Shown in pieces: positions 1 through 9,300 of a DNA stretch of 64,000 bases. The notes beneath the pieces were generated by a model. That model made no database searches, was not told the origin of the DNA, and saw only the letters and a program-made list of their open reading frames with translations. The DNA is taken from the NCBI GenBank assembly GCA_021813945.1, contig JAKAJD010000002.1:173936-237935 (forward strand). The letters run 5' to 3'. Both the position numbers and the translations under genes were made by a program. Each line of letters opens with the position of its first letter. Within the stretch, counting starts at the first letter, position 1. This DNA comes from a bacterium (GTDB lineage: Bacteria > Patescibacteriota > Microgenomatia > Curtissbacterales > GWA2-41-24).

Positions 1-538
1 TTTTATACCATTTCGGGTCAATCAAGCCGGGGTTATTCCAATAATTTTTGCGGTTTCCCTTATCCTTCTACCAACAACTTTCGGCAGATTCTTTGAAAGA
101 TCTCCAAATGTTTTTCTGGCTAATCTTGCTCAAGAGTTGCAGCGCTTATTTTCGCCCGGAAATAACGTTTATAGTGCGGTTTACTTTTTTCTAGTCATAA
201 TTTTTACATATTTTTATACAACTGTTGCTTTCAACACTAAACAAATTTCAGAAATGCTTATGAAACAAGGCGGATTTTTGCCTGGAATCCGTCCTGGATC
301 CCCAACAAAAAAATATCTTGATTATGTATCTTTAAGAGTCACTCTTTTCGGGGCAATCTTTTTGGGAATTATTGCAGTCCTGCCATCTATTGCTCAGCGC
401 TTAACGGGAATCAATAATCTTTTAATTGGCGGTACTGGGATATTAATAGTTGTTGCTGTAATTTTGGAAACCACCAAGCAAGTAGAGTCTCATTTAGTGA
501 TGAGCGATTATGATGCATTTTTGAAAAAAAGAGGTTAA
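1..538 (+). CDS. secY: Preprotein translocase SecY, C-terminal part (5' truncated by window edge)
   Basis: Frame from nt 2 reads FIPFRVNQAGVIPIIFA...FLPGIRPG...GGTGILIVV; lies upstream of adk-map-infA. Confidence 0.97.
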   Translation, partial: FIPFRVNQAGVIPIIFAVSLILLPTTFGRFFERSPNVFLANLAQELQRLFSPGNNVYSAVYFFLVIIFTYFYTTVAFNTKQISEMLMKQGGFLPGIRPGSPTKKYLDYVSLRVTLFGAIFLGIIAVLPSIAQRLTGINNLLIGGTGILIVVAVILETTKQVESHLVMSDYDAFLKKRG

Positions 539-539
539 T

Positions 540-1094
540 GTGAAATTTATTTTTTTAGGAGGTCAAGGATCAGGTAAATCAACTCAAGCAAAACTTTTGG
601 CTGATTATCTAAATTTGCCCCTGGTTGAAATGGGTCAAATTTTTCGCGAAAAATCACAAGATCAAGACGAAGAAGGTTTGGCTATTCGCGAACGCTTATC
701 AGCAGGAGAACTCGTTCCAGATAATATCGCAGTCAAAGCCCTAAAGGAAAAGCTCAACAATTCGGAATTTAGAAATGGTTATATTCTAGACGGTTATCCC
801 AGAAATGCTGCTCAACTTGCAGGACTCCAGAAAGATATTGATAAAGTATTTTTTGTAAAAGTTTCAGACGAAGAAGCAATAAAAAGACTTAGTCTCAGGG
901 CGAGATCAGACGACACAAAAGAGGCGCTTGAAAGAAGACTTCAAATTTATCACGAGCAGACAGAACCCTTGCTTGAGCAATTTGAAAAAGACGGAAAACT
1001 TGTCACAATAAACGGCGAACGAGAAATAGAAGAAATTCACAAAGATATCAAAGAAAGAGTTGCAAATTATGAAAAGCAATTGGATCAAAACTGA
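540..1094 (+). CDS. adk: Adenylate kinase (short-LID type)
   Basis: P-loop GGQGSGKSTQA, LDGYPRN and RSDD motifs; spc operon synteny. Confidence 0.95.
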   Translation: MKFIFLGGQGSGKSTQAKLLADYLNLPLVEMGQIFREKSQDQDEEGLAIRERLSAGELVPDNIAVKALKEKLNNSEFRNGYILDGYPRNAAQLAGLQKDIDKVFFVKVSDEEAIKRLSLRARSDDTKEALERRLQIYHEQTEPLLEQFEKDGKLVTINGEREIEEIHKDIKERVANYEKQLDQN

Positions 1095-1824
1095 AAAAGA
1101 AATAGAACTTATGAAAAAATCAGGACAAATTTGTGCCAAAGCATTAAAAAAAGTGCGCGAAAATATCAAACCTGGAGTAACCTGTAAAGAGCTCGATGAT
1201 ATTGCCCGAAAAGAAATAGAAAGGCAAGGAGCAACATCTTCTTTTATGACAGTCGAAGATTACAAATATACTATTTGCACAACAGTCAACGAACAAGTTG
1301 TTCATGCAATCCCAACAGATCGCCCTTTAAAAGATGGTGACATAGTGGGAATAGATATTGGTGCCTTATACAAAGGCTATCATAGCGATCTGGCTTACAC
1401 TCAACCGGTTGGTGCTGTCACGCCTGACACCCAAAATTTCCTCTCAGTAGGTCAGTCAGCTCTCAAATCAGCAATTCAAAAAGCTTTTCCTGGCAATAAA
1501 ATCGGTGATATTTCAGCTGTAATACAGAATTCAATAGAAGGTTCAGGATACGCTGTCGTGAAAGAGTTAACAGGCCATGGAGTCGGGAAAAAACTGCACG
1601 AAGAGCCATTTATTCCATGTTTTGGAAAACCAAATACTGGACCCATAATTTCAGAAAACATGACTTTAGCAGTAGAGGTTATCTACACTGCTGGTTCTGG
1701 TGAAATTGGCCTGGAGTCAGACAATTGGACAATTTCAGCAGCAGATGGTTCTTTAGGGGGTTTATTTGAACAAACTATTTTGACAACAAAATCAGGGCCT
1801 GTAGTGTTGACGCCGTACCTATAA
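1069..1824 (+). CDS. map: Methionine aminopeptidase type I
   Basis: VNEQVVHAIP, DIG...HSD, GHGVG...HEEP motifs; ATG at 1069 preferred over TTG at 1060. Confidence 0.95.
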   Translation: MKSNWIKTEKEIELMKKSGQICAKALKKVRENIKPGVTCKELDDIARKEIERQGATSSFMTVEDYKYTICTTVNEQVVHAIPTDRPLKDGDIVGIDIGALYKGYHSDLAYTQPVGAVTPDTQNFLSVGQSALKSAIQKAFPGNKIGDISAVIQNSIEGSGYAVVKELTGHGVGKKLHEEPFIPCFGKPNTGPIISENMTLAVEVIYTAGSGEIGLESDNWTISAADGSLGGLFEQTILTTKSGPVVLTPYL

Positions 1825-1850
1825 ATTATGTAAAATAATCGTCTAGATAA

Positions 1851-2093
1851 ATGACAAAATCAGGTGTAATAGAAATTCAAGGAGAAGTCACAGAAGCACT
1901 GCCAAATACAATGTTTAGAGTTAAGGTTTCGCAAGGCCAATTGCCTAATGTTGAAGGTGACACAATTGTGCTTTGTCACCTCTCTGGAAAAATGAGAATT
2001 CATTATGTCAGAATTTTGCCTGGGGATAAAGTTAAACTCGAACTAACGCCTTATGATTTAACCAAAGGAAGGATAACTTATAGGTTAGGATAA
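1851..2093 (+). CDS. infA: Translation initiation factor IF-1
   Basis: [10 protein letters not shown]...HLSGKMR...ILPGDKV...[12 protein letters not shown]. Confidence 0.97.
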   Translation: MTKSGVIEIQGEVTEALPNTMFRVKVSQGQLPNVEGDTIVLCHLSGKMRIHYVRILPGDKVKLELTPYDLTKGRITYRLG

Positions 2094-2096
2094 AAT

Positions 2097-2210
2097 ATGA
2101 AAGTTCAAGCTAGTGTAAAAAAACGTTGTGTAAATTGTAAAATCGTCAAAAGAAAGGGCATGCTTTATGTCATTTGCATAAATCCACGCCACAAGCAAAG
2201 ACAAGGATAA
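2097..2210 (+). CDS. rpmJ: 50S ribosomal protein L36 (not in ORF track, 37 aa)
   Basis: Translated by hand: [37 protein letters not shown]. Confidence 0.97.
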   Translation: MKVQASVKKRCVNCKIVKRKGMLYVICINPRHKQRQG

Positions 2211-2212
2211 AA

Positions 2213-2608
2213 ATGGCAAGAATTGCAGGAGTTGATTTACCGAACGAGAAAAGAATAGAGGCATCATTACCTTATATTTTTGGCATTGGTCCGACTTTGG
2301 CCAAAAAGATAATCGTAGCCTGCAATATCGATCCGGAAAAGAGAACAAAAAATTTAACAGAAGACGAGGTTAATAAACTTCAAAAAGAAGTCGAAAATTA
2401 TAAAGTCGAAGGTGATCTAAGAAGGGAAATTCAGGGAAACATCAAGCGCCTTCAAGAAATTGGAACCTATCGAGGTTTGCGGCATTCCAAAGGTCTGCCT
2501 GTCAGGGGTCAGCGTACAAGGGTCAATGCAAGGACCAAAAGGGGTAAACGAATGACAATTGGGACTGTGAGAAAAGAAGTAGTAGCCAAAATGGCAGCAA
2601 CTAAGTAA
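2213..2608 (+). CDS. rpsM: 30S ribosomal protein S13
   Basis: [10 protein letters not shown]...YRGLRH...[17 protein letters not shown]; true start at ATG 2213. Confidence 0.97.
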   Translation: MARIAGVDLPNEKRIEASLPYIFGIGPTLAKKIIVACNIDPEKRTKNLTEDEVNKLQKEVENYKVEGDLRREIQGNIKRLQEIGTYRGLRHSKGLPVRGQRTRVNARTKRGKRMTIGTVRKEVVAKMAATK

Positions 2609-2618
2609 ATCCTAATTT

Positions 2619-3008
2619 ATGGCAAAAGTAACCAAAAAAACAAAAAAATCGCAAATCAAAAAAACAAGCCACGCAAAGGCTTATGTTACTGCGACTTTTA
2701 ATAACACCTTAGTGACCCTTACGGATACAAGCGGCCAAACTATTGCTTGGGGTTCCGCAGGTGCTTCTAATTTCAAAGGTGCCAGAAAATCGACTCCATA
2801 TGCTGCAACTACAGTTGTTGAAGGGGTCGCCAAAAAAGCCAAAGAACTTGGTGTTCAAAGCGTGGAAATTTACGTCAAAGGACCCGGGCCGGGCCGGGAC
2901 AGCTCGATTCGGGCTTTCAAAGCGGCTGGCCTAAATATCACCATGATAGCCGATGTTACACCAATTCCGCACAATGGCCCGCGGGCCCAAAAAAGGAGAA
3001 GAGTTTAA
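2619..3008 (+). CDS. rpsK: 30S ribosomal protein S11
   Basis: ATFNNT...FKGARKSTPYAA...DVTPIPHNGPR. Confidence 0.97.
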   Translation: MAKVTKKTKKSQIKKTSHAKAYVTATFNNTLVTLTDTSGQTIAWGSAGASNFKGARKSTPYAATTVVEGVAKKAKELGVQSVEIYVKGPGPGRDSSIRAFKAAGLNITMIADVTPIPHNGPRAQKRRRV

Positions 3009-3157
3009 TGGGTCTGAAAGAAGCAGCAGTTGCTATTGGCCATGATATCGTAGGACTTATGCTAGGGCATGGAAGCTCAAGAACGGTTGATGCCTATCAA
3101 CTAATGCCTCAAACGGGTAAATTTATTTTCACACAAGGAGAACAAAAACATGGCTAG
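3008..3157 (+). CDS. Putative 49-aa small ORF between rpsK and rpsD
   Basis: ATG overlaps the rpsK stop (TAATG); ORF fills the whole spacer and ends inside the rpsD start; MGLKEAAVAIGHDIVGLMLGHGSSRTVDAYQLMPQTGKFIFTQGEQKHG. Confidence 0.5.
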   Translation: MGLKEAAVAIGHDIVGLMLGHGSSRTVDAYQLMPQTGKFIFTQGEQKHG

Positions 3158-3758
3158 ATATACCGGACCAAAACACAAATTATGTCGGGCTGAAGGAGTT
3201 GCACTTTGTGGATCTCCAAAATGCCCGGTTATCAGAAAAAACGCCGGTCCTCCCGGTCAACATGGCCAAAAGGGGAGAAGAAAAATATCGGAATACGGAA
3301 CACAACTTAGAGAAAAACAAAAGGTCAAAAGAATGTATGGTGTTTTAGAAAGACAATTCAGAAGATACTACGGCCTTGCTTCTAAAAAGAAAGAAGCCAC
3401 AGGTGAAGCATTATTGGAACTTCTTGAAACAAGGCTTGATAATGCCGTCTACAGGCTAAATTTGGCATCAAGTCGTCAGCAGGCAAGGCAACTGGTTTCG
3501 CATGGCCACGTTTTTGTTAACAATAAAAAGGTGACTATTCCTTCATATAATGTTAAAATTGGCGACATTGTATCGCTTTCTCCAAAAGCAACAAATTTCG
3601 ATTTTATTAAGAAATTACAAGAAGCAACAAAAGAAAGCACAATTCCTGCCTGGCTTGAGAAAAAGGCAACTGTCGGCAAAATTAAATCTAATCCAAAAAG
3701 AGAAGATATAGATGCAGAAGTAAACGAAAGGTTAATTGTAGAATTTTACTCAAGATAG
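3150..3758 (+). CDS. rpsD: 30S ribosomal protein S4
   Basis: MARYTGP...PGQHG...QLREKQK...LETRLDNAVYRL...VEFYSR. Confidence 0.97.
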   Translation: MARYTGPKHKLCRAEGVALCGSPKCPVIRKNAGPPGQHGQKGRRKISEYGTQLREKQKVKRMYGVLERQFRRYYGLASKKKEATGEALLELLETRLDNAVYRLNLASSRQQARQLVSHGHVFVNNKKVTIPSYNVKIGDIVSLSPKATNFDFIKKLQEATKESTIPAWLEKKATVGKIKSNPKREDIDAEVNERLIVEFYSR

Positions 3759-3776
3759 GAGGTGAACTGATAAAAA

Positions 3777-4706
3777 ATGATAGATTTATCTCAAATAGAA
3801 GTTGAAACAGAAAAAGAAACTGACGATTTTGGTAAGTTCACGATAGAGCCGTTAGACCAAGGTTATGGTCACACCATAGGTAACTCCCTAAGACGTGTGC
3901 TATTAAGCTCTTTGACTGGAGCTGCAATAACTCAGGTAAAAATTTCCGGAGTACGTCATCAATTTACCTCAATGGCTGGTATGTCCGAAGATATAGTTGA
4001 ATTTATTCTAAACCTCAAAAAGGTAAGGCTTGTTATCTCTTCAGACAAACCGGTTAAACTAACACTAGATGCCAAAGGTCCTGGCGAAGTTAAAGCCAAG
4101 GATATTGTTCCAAGCGCTGGCTGCGAAATTATTAACAAAGATCTAGTACTTGCTCATTTAGCAGATTCTAAATCCCGACTTTCGGCAACTATAATCGCCG
4201 AAAGTGGTAGAGGTTATTCTCTTGCAGACGAGCGAAAAACTGGCGAGATTGGCGTTATTCCAATCGATGCCAATTTCTCACCTGTTGTCAAAGTTGACTA
4301 CAAAGTAGAAGCAACTCGTATTGGAAGGGTAACTAATTACGACAAGCTGACTCTTGTCATAACAACAGATGGGACCCTTAAGCCATCGGATGCGCTAAAA
4401 GGGGCGGCAAAAATTTTAGTTGATCATTTCTCAACAATTTATTCACCGCAGCCTGTTGTTAAAAAACAAACCGAACAAACAAGTGAGGTTCAGCAAGCAG
4501 CATCAGAAGAGGACCTAAAGGTTTCTCTTGAGGAATTAGATCTTCCAGTTAGGTTAACCAATAGCCTCAAGGCAGGCAAAATAGAAACGATTGGCGATTT
4601 TCTTGCAAGCGACAGAAAAAGCTTGATGAAGATGAAAAATATGGGACCAAAATCAATTGCGATGGTCGAGGAAAAACTTAAAGAGAGGGGAATGCAGGTA
4701 AAGTGA
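3777..4706 (+). CDS. rpoA: RNA polymerase alpha subunit
   Basis: EPLDQGYGHTIGNSLRRVLLSS...DANFSPV; alpha-CTD present. Confidence 0.97.
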   Translation: MIDLSQIEVETEKETDDFGKFTIEPLDQGYGHTIGNSLRRVLLSSLTGAAITQVKISGVRHQFTSMAGMSEDIVEFILNLKKVRLVISSDKPVKLTLDAKGPGEVKAKDIVPSAGCEIINKDLVLAHLADSKSRLSATIIAESGRGYSLADERKTGEIGVIPIDANFSPVVKVDYKVEATRIGRVTNYDKLTLVITTDGTLKPSDALKGAAKILVDHFSTIYSPQPVVKKQTEQTSEVQQAASEEDLKVSLEELDLPVRLTNSLKAGKIETIGDFLASDRKSLMKMKNMGPKSIAMVEEKLKERGMQVK

Positions 4707-5194
4707 GACACGCAGTATTTGGCCGAAAGCTTGGAAGGGATATTAATTCCAGAAAAGCTCTTTTGAATAACTTGTCGGGAGCTTTAATTTTAAATGGTTC
4801 TGTAACTACCACTTTGGCAAAAACCAAGTTTGTAAAGCCTTATGTGGAAAAAATGGTTACTTCAGCGAAAGTTGCAAAGCTTGGATCTAGACGCGTTTTG
4901 GCATCAAGCCTGCCAAAAGCTGCCTTTAAAAGACTGACCGAGGAAATTGCGCCTGGCTTTCAAGCAAGAGCCGGTGGTTATACACGTATCATCAAATTAG
5001 CTACAAGGCGGGGTGATGCTGCTGCTATGGCTCGTATTGAATTTCTTGCTTGGGAGAAACCAAAGACATCACCAGCTAAAGCCAAAGCTCAGGTTAAAAA
5101 AGGGAAAGCAGAATTAAAGACGAAAAAAGCCGCTGCCAAAAAATCTCCCAAAAAAGAGCCAAAGAAAAGCTCGGTCAAAAAAGTTAAAAAATGA
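4703..5194 (+). CDS. rplQ: 50S ribosomal protein L17 with Lys/Ala-rich C-terminal tail
   Basis: MRHAVFGRKLGR...GGYTRIIK...RRGDAA. Confidence 0.95.
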   Translation: MRHAVFGRKLGRDINSRKALLNNLSGALILNGSVTTTLAKTKFVKPYVEKMVTSAKVAKLGSRRVLASSLPKAAFKRLTEEIAPGFQARAGGYTRIIKLATRRGDAAAMARIEFLAWEKPKTSPAKAKAQVKKGKAELKTKKAAAKKSPKKEPKKSSVKKVKK

Positions 5195-5601
5195 AAACTC
5201 TAAAACCAAAAGATATAAAAAGAGAATGGCATCTTATAGACGCTAAGGAAAAAATTCTTGGCAGGCTTTCCACAGAAGTTGCAATGCATTTGATGGGTAA
5301 AAATAAAAGCATTTATTCTCCAAATTTGGACACTGGTGATTTTGTTGTTGTCATAAATGCCCAGAAAGTAGCTCTTTCCGGCAAAAAAGAAAAACAAAAA
5401 AAGTACTATCGCCATTCAGGCTATCCCGGAGGATTATATATGCAAACTGCAGCACAAGTCAGACAACATAAACCGGAAAATTTAATCAGGAATGCGGTTG
5501 AGGGCATGCTTCCTAAAACCAAGATGGGTAAAATCATGCTTAAAAAACTTTATGTTTATCCATCCACGAGCCATCCCTATCAAAGTAAATTCAAAAATTA
5601 A
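5191..5601 (+). CDS. rplM: 50S ribosomal protein L13
   Basis: WHLIDA...LGRL...DTGDFVVVINA...HSGYPGG...GMLPK. Confidence 0.97.
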   Translation: MKTLKPKDIKREWHLIDAKEKILGRLSTEVAMHLMGKNKSIYSPNLDTGDFVVVINAQKVALSGKKEKQKKYYRHSGYPGGLYMQTAAQVRQHKPENLIRNAVEGMLPKTKMGKIMLKKLYVYPSTSHPYQSKFKN

Positions 5602-5603
5602 AA

Positions 5604-6020
5604 ATGGAAGAAACAAAAACGACCAAATCAAAACCATATATACATGCTGTCGGACGCAGAAAAGAGGCAGTTGCTCGCGTTAGGCTAACAAAGGGTAGGG
5701 GCGAAAATATCATAAATGGGTTGCCTATAGAAAAATATTTTCCATCGGAAGCATCTAAAACAAAATATCTTAAACCCTTTCATCTGACCAAATCGCAAGA
5801 TTTATACTTTGTTTCCGTTAAAGTCGCTGGGTCAGGGAAAAGCAGTCAACTAGATGCAGTTGTCCATGGAATTGCTCGTGCACTTAACGCAGCTAATAGT
5901 GAATTTAGGCAAAATTTAAAACGCGCGGGACTTTTAACTCGCGATCCTCGCGTTAAAGAACGTCGCAAGTATGGCATGGCTCAAAAAGCCCGAAAAGGAA
6001 AACAGAGTCCAAAGCGATAA
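5604..6020 (+). CDS. rpsI: 30S ribosomal protein S9
   Basis: GRRKEAVARV...LTRDPRVKERRKYG...QSPKR. Confidence 0.97.
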   Translation: MEETKTTKSKPYIHAVGRRKEAVARVRLTKGRGENIINGLPIEKYFPSEASKTKYLKPFHLTKSQDLYFVSVKVAGSGKSSQLDAVVHGIARALNAANSEFRQNLKRAGLLTRDPRVKERRKYGMAQKARKGKQSPKR

Positions 6021-6108
6021 TTATCAGTCCTCAACTATGCTTCATGGCTCTTTTATTACATTAATCCCATTTGAAAATTGTATTTGACTTCTATATAGTC
6101 GTCAGTGC

Positions 6109-7005
6109 ATGAAACTTCCAAAACAAACAGAACAATTGATAAAAAAAAGAAACTCTTTAAGAGAAAAAGGTCTTTTTAAGGAAGCGGATAAAATAAGAGA
6201 AGCTATTTTGTCCCAAGGTTATGAACTTCAAGACAATCATAAAACCAAGATATTTAAAAAAAATTCAAAGCCAAAACCAAAATTTATAATTATTTTCGGT
6301 TCAGGTGAAATATCTCATAACGGCAGAAGAATACATGAACGAGCGTTTTCCCAAATCGGCAAAAAAAATATACAAATTTCGATAATAACTACACCTGCCG
6401 GTTTTCAACCTAACGTAAAGGTGGTTCACGAAGAAATCGCCCAATTTTTTTCCAATCATCTTAAAAACTTTAAACCCCAAATTAATATAATTTACGCAAA
6501 TAATAAAAACTTAGCCAACGATAAAAAAATAATCCAACCATTGGATAAAGCCGATTACATAATGGTTGGACCCGGGAGTCCAACGTATGCGGTTAATAAT
6601 CTAAAAGACACTCTTCTTCTTGAAAAAATTAAAGAAAAAATAAAGCAAGATACGACATTGGCAATCGCATCCGCTGCTGCCATAGCTTTTTCCAAATACT
6701 GTCTTCCAGTTTATGAAATATATAAAGCCGGTCAGCCGCTTCATTGGCAAAAAGGCCTTAATTTTTATGAAAGTTTTATAAAACCAGTAACAGTAGTTCC
6801 TCATTTTAACAATCATGAAGGAGGTTGGAAAACCGACACGTCTTATTGTTACATGGGAAGAGAGAGATTTACTAAACTTTTTAATTCATTACCTAAAGGT
6901 GAAGAAATCTGGGGAATCGATGAACAAACAGCCGTTATTGTCAACCTTAAAGACAAAAAACCACAAATATTTGGAAAGGGAAGGCTTCAGAAATTAATAG
7001 CTTAA
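6109..7005 (+). CDS. CysRS C-terminal-like helical domain fused to a peptidase S51/cyanophycinase-like domain
   Basis: N-terminal KRNSLREKGLFKEADKIREAI...GYELQD; then GSGE, GPGSPTY, ASAAA nucleophile elbow, PHFNN, GIDEQTA. Confidence 0.7.
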   Translation: MKLPKQTEQLIKKRNSLREKGLFKEADKIREAILSQGYELQDNHKTKIFKKNSKPKPKFIIIFGSGEISHNGRRIHERAFSQIGKKNIQISIITTPAGFQPNVKVVHEEIAQFFSNHLKNFKPQINIIYANNKNLANDKKIIQPLDKADYIMVGPGSPTYAVNNLKDTLLLEKIKEKIKQDTTLAIASAAAIAFSKYCLPVYEIYKAGQPLHWQKGLNFYESFIKPVTVVPHFNNHEGGWKTDTSYCYMGRERFTKLFNSLPKGEEIWGIDEQTAVIVNLKDKKPQIFGKGRLQKLIA

Positions 7006-7064
7006 TTCGGACCTAAAATGACAAACGAAATCCCCACCCATGCGAACATGTCAGCAATCTTTAA

Positions 7065-7241
7065 TTAATCTAGCTTTTTTGTTCGGTCTTTCAAAGCCTC
7101 TCTTCGAATCCTTGCAGATTCGATTGGTGAGAAGGTTAATGGTAGTGGAACTTCCATCCCTTTTAAAATCGGAGTGACCTTGCTGGCTACTCCGTCGGGA
7201 ACAGAAGTGAAAGAGGGTTCTCCCTCTATTCTCCCATCCAT
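7065..7241 (-). CDS. Hypothetical 58-aa protein (not in ORF track)
   Basis: MDGRIEGEPSFTSVPDG...DRTKKLD; preceded on the minus strand by TTGACA-18-TAAAAT (7320-7291). Confidence 0.45.
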   Translation of the reverse strand: MDGRIEGEPSFTSVPDGVASKVTPILKGMEVPLPLTFSPIESARIRREALKDRTKKLD

Positions 7242-7349
7242 GATTAAACCTTAAAAAAACCGCCCGCCATTTCTGGCGACCGTTTTGAAGATTTTACAGT
7301 GTTAGGTATGTAACTGTCAACAAAAAATAGAGTTGATATAATTTATAAG

Positions 7350-7943
7350 ATGAAGATTAAGTGGAACCAGGTTACTTGGTATTCAAAAACATTAGCTTTG
7401 GCTATGTTCATAATTTTTCCAATACTTGCTTTCTATTTGGGCATTGTTTATCAAAAACAACGCCAAACTATTGCCACCGTTAATTCCCCTCAACGGGCTA
7501 ATGACCTTCTAAACTCACCGAATCCATCTCCAGTGTCCACCCAAATCGTCAACACCAGTAACCAAAATTTAAATAGTGGAATCAACGCCACCTCATATTG
7601 TATTGAAAAAATAGACAAAATTCCTTGTGTCGGCGGTTTAATTGTCAAATCAAAGACTGGTATGGAAATTACAAGACAAATCTCTGGAAAAACCGGCAAG
7701 TTTAAAATTTTTCTAAATCCCGGAAATTACAATCTAGAAGTAATTCCACAAGATACCAACTATACTGTTCTGAGAGCTAACCCGCAATCAATAGTTGTCA
7801 ACGAAAACCAATTTACTTCTGTAGAAGTAACTTATTGGACTGGTTTAAGGTCTTCATCTTCTTATTCGGAAGGTTGCCCAAGCGGTCAAGTAGCTCTGTA
7901 CGAGGGAGGAACTTTTTCAGGCTGCGCAAATCCGAGCCAATAA
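7350..7943 (+). CDS. Membrane-anchored exported protein with probable beta-sandwich (carboxypeptidase-regulatory-like) domain
   Basis: One N-terminal TM helix, N/S/P-rich linker, GKFKIFLNPGNYNLEV. Confidence 0.6.
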   Translation: MKIKWNQVTWYSKTLALAMFIIFPILAFYLGIVYQKQRQTIATVNSPQRANDLLNSPNPSPVSTQIVNTSNQNLNSGINATSYCIEKIDKIPCVGGLIVKSKTGMEITRQISGKTGKFKIFLNPGNYNLEVIPQDTNYTVLRANPQSIVVNENQFTSVEVTYWTGLRSSSSYSEGCPSGQVALYEGGTFSGCANPSQ

Positions 7944-7950
7944 CAATCTG

Positions 7951-8021
7951 TCGGGGAGGGGAGAATCGAACTCCCGATACACCACCCCCAGCGGTGTGTG
8001 TTACCACTATACTACTCCCCG
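7951..8021 (-). tRNA. tRNA-Pro(GGG), CCA not encoded
   Basis: Minus strand CGGGGAGTAGTATAGTGGTAACACACACCGCTGGGGGTGGTGTATCGGGAGTTCGATTCTCCCCTCCCCGA folds as a cloverleaf with anticodon GGG and T-loop TTCGATT. Confidence 0.93.
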
Positions 8022-8123
8022 GCGCATCCTAGAAATGATACCACTACTTTTTCTGAAAGAAAAAGCAAGGTTCTGGGAGAAATTTGCGATAATTCAAATC
8101 CGGGCAAATTTCGAACAGGTCCT

Positions 8124-8137
8124 TATACTACTCCCCG
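8124..8137 (-). repeat. 14-bp duplicate of the tRNA-Pro 5' end
   Basis: tatactactccccg is identical at 8008-8021 and 8124-8137. Confidence 0.8.
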
Positions 8138-8229
8138 TCGTCGGAACAAATTATATCAAGCGCAAGTTACAACCTCCAGGGTCAGCCCTTGTTTTTTGAT
8201 TTGATCTATAGTAAAACTACTATGATTTA

Positions 8230-9297
8230 ATGAACACTTCAGACGCCAAAAAACAGGCAATAGCAACAGCAATTTCCCAAATCGAAAAAGCATACGGCAA
8301 AGGATCTATCATGAAAATGGGGGAATCCGTCGGCAAATTTGAAATCGAAGTTGTTCCAACAGGTTGTCTACCAGTAGATGTTGCACTTGGAACCGGTGGC
8401 CTTCCTCGCGGCAGGATAATCGAGATCTTTGGGCCGGAAGCATCCGGTAAAACAACACTCACCCTATCAGCTATCGCTCAAGCCCAAAAAAACGGCGGAA
8501 GCGCAGCGCTTATTGATGCCGAGCATGCGTTAGATCCGGCTTGGGCACAAAAAGTTGGTGTTAATTTAGACGATCTTTTAATCTCTCAACCCGACACTGG
8601 TGAGCAAGCTTTGGAAATTACTGAAACTTTAATTCGGTCCGGGGCAATAGATGTTATCGTCATCGATTCCGTTGCCGCTCTTGTTCCTCGCGCCGAAATC
8701 GAAGGCGAAATGGGCGATTCCATGATGGGTGTTCAAGCTCGTCTTATGTCACAAGCTCTGCGAAAATTAACAGGTGTCATTTCCAAATCCAAAACAGTTG
8801 CTATATTTACAAATCAGCTGCGCGAAAAAATCGGAGTTATGTTTGGTAACCCCGAAACTACTCCCGGCGGCCGAGCTCTCAAATTCTACTCATCAGTCCG
8901 TCTAGATATTAGAAAGATCGACAATATAAAAGAAGGCGACAAAGTCATCGGTTCGCGTCACAGGGTAAAAGTTGTTAAAAACAAAGTTGCTCCCCCATTT
9001 AGAATTGCAGAATTCGACATTATGGGCGAAGAGGGAATTTCTAGAGAAGGCGGGCTTCTAGATGTTGCACTAGAAGCTGGCCTGGTTACCAAAAGCGGAG
9101 CATTTTTTAGGTGGGGCACAAAATTAGTTGGACAAGGTCGAGAAAGTACGAAAGGATATTTTAAAGAGCATAAAAAGGATTATGTCCAACTTGAAAAAGA
9201 AATCTGGACCAAAATAAAAAAAGGTCTTTCCACCACAAAAATTACTAATCACGAATCGGAAGACGAAGAAATTTTAGAAGAAATTGCCGCAGCTTAA
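8230..9297 (+). CDS. recA: Recombinase RecA
   Basis: [33 protein letters not shown]. Confidence 0.99.
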   Translation: MNTSDAKKQAIATAISQIEKAYGKGSIMKMGESVGKFEIEVVPTGCLPVDVALGTGGLPRGRIIEIFGPEASGKTTLTLSAIAQAQKNGGSAALIDAEHALDPAWAQKVGVNLDDLLISQPDTGEQALEITETLIRSGAIDVIVIDSVAALVPRAEIEGEMGDSMMGVQARLMSQALRKLTGVISKSKTVAIFTNQLREKIGVMFGNPETTPGGRALKFYSSVRLDIRKIDNIKEGDKVIGSRHRVKVVKNKVAPPFRIAEFDIMGEEGISREGGLLDVALEAGLVTKSGAFFRWGTKLVGQGRESTKGYFKEHKKDYVQLEKEIWTKIKKGLSTTKITNHESEDEEILEEIAAA

Positions 9298-9300
9298 AAC

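Noticed and set aside
2174-2212. N-terminal extension of rpsM in the ORF track
   Set aside because: It overlaps rpmJ; the canonical MARIAG start is at 2213
5050-5194. Separate histone-like protein
   Set aside because: It is an in-frame low-complexity tail of L17, a common extension
7813-8204. Several 64-68 aa ORFs
   Set aside because: They overlap tRNA-Pro and its promoter region; no protein features
8112-8229. LexA/SOS box upstream of recA
   Set aside because: Only half-sites (CGAAC, GGAAC) without a matching palindromic partner
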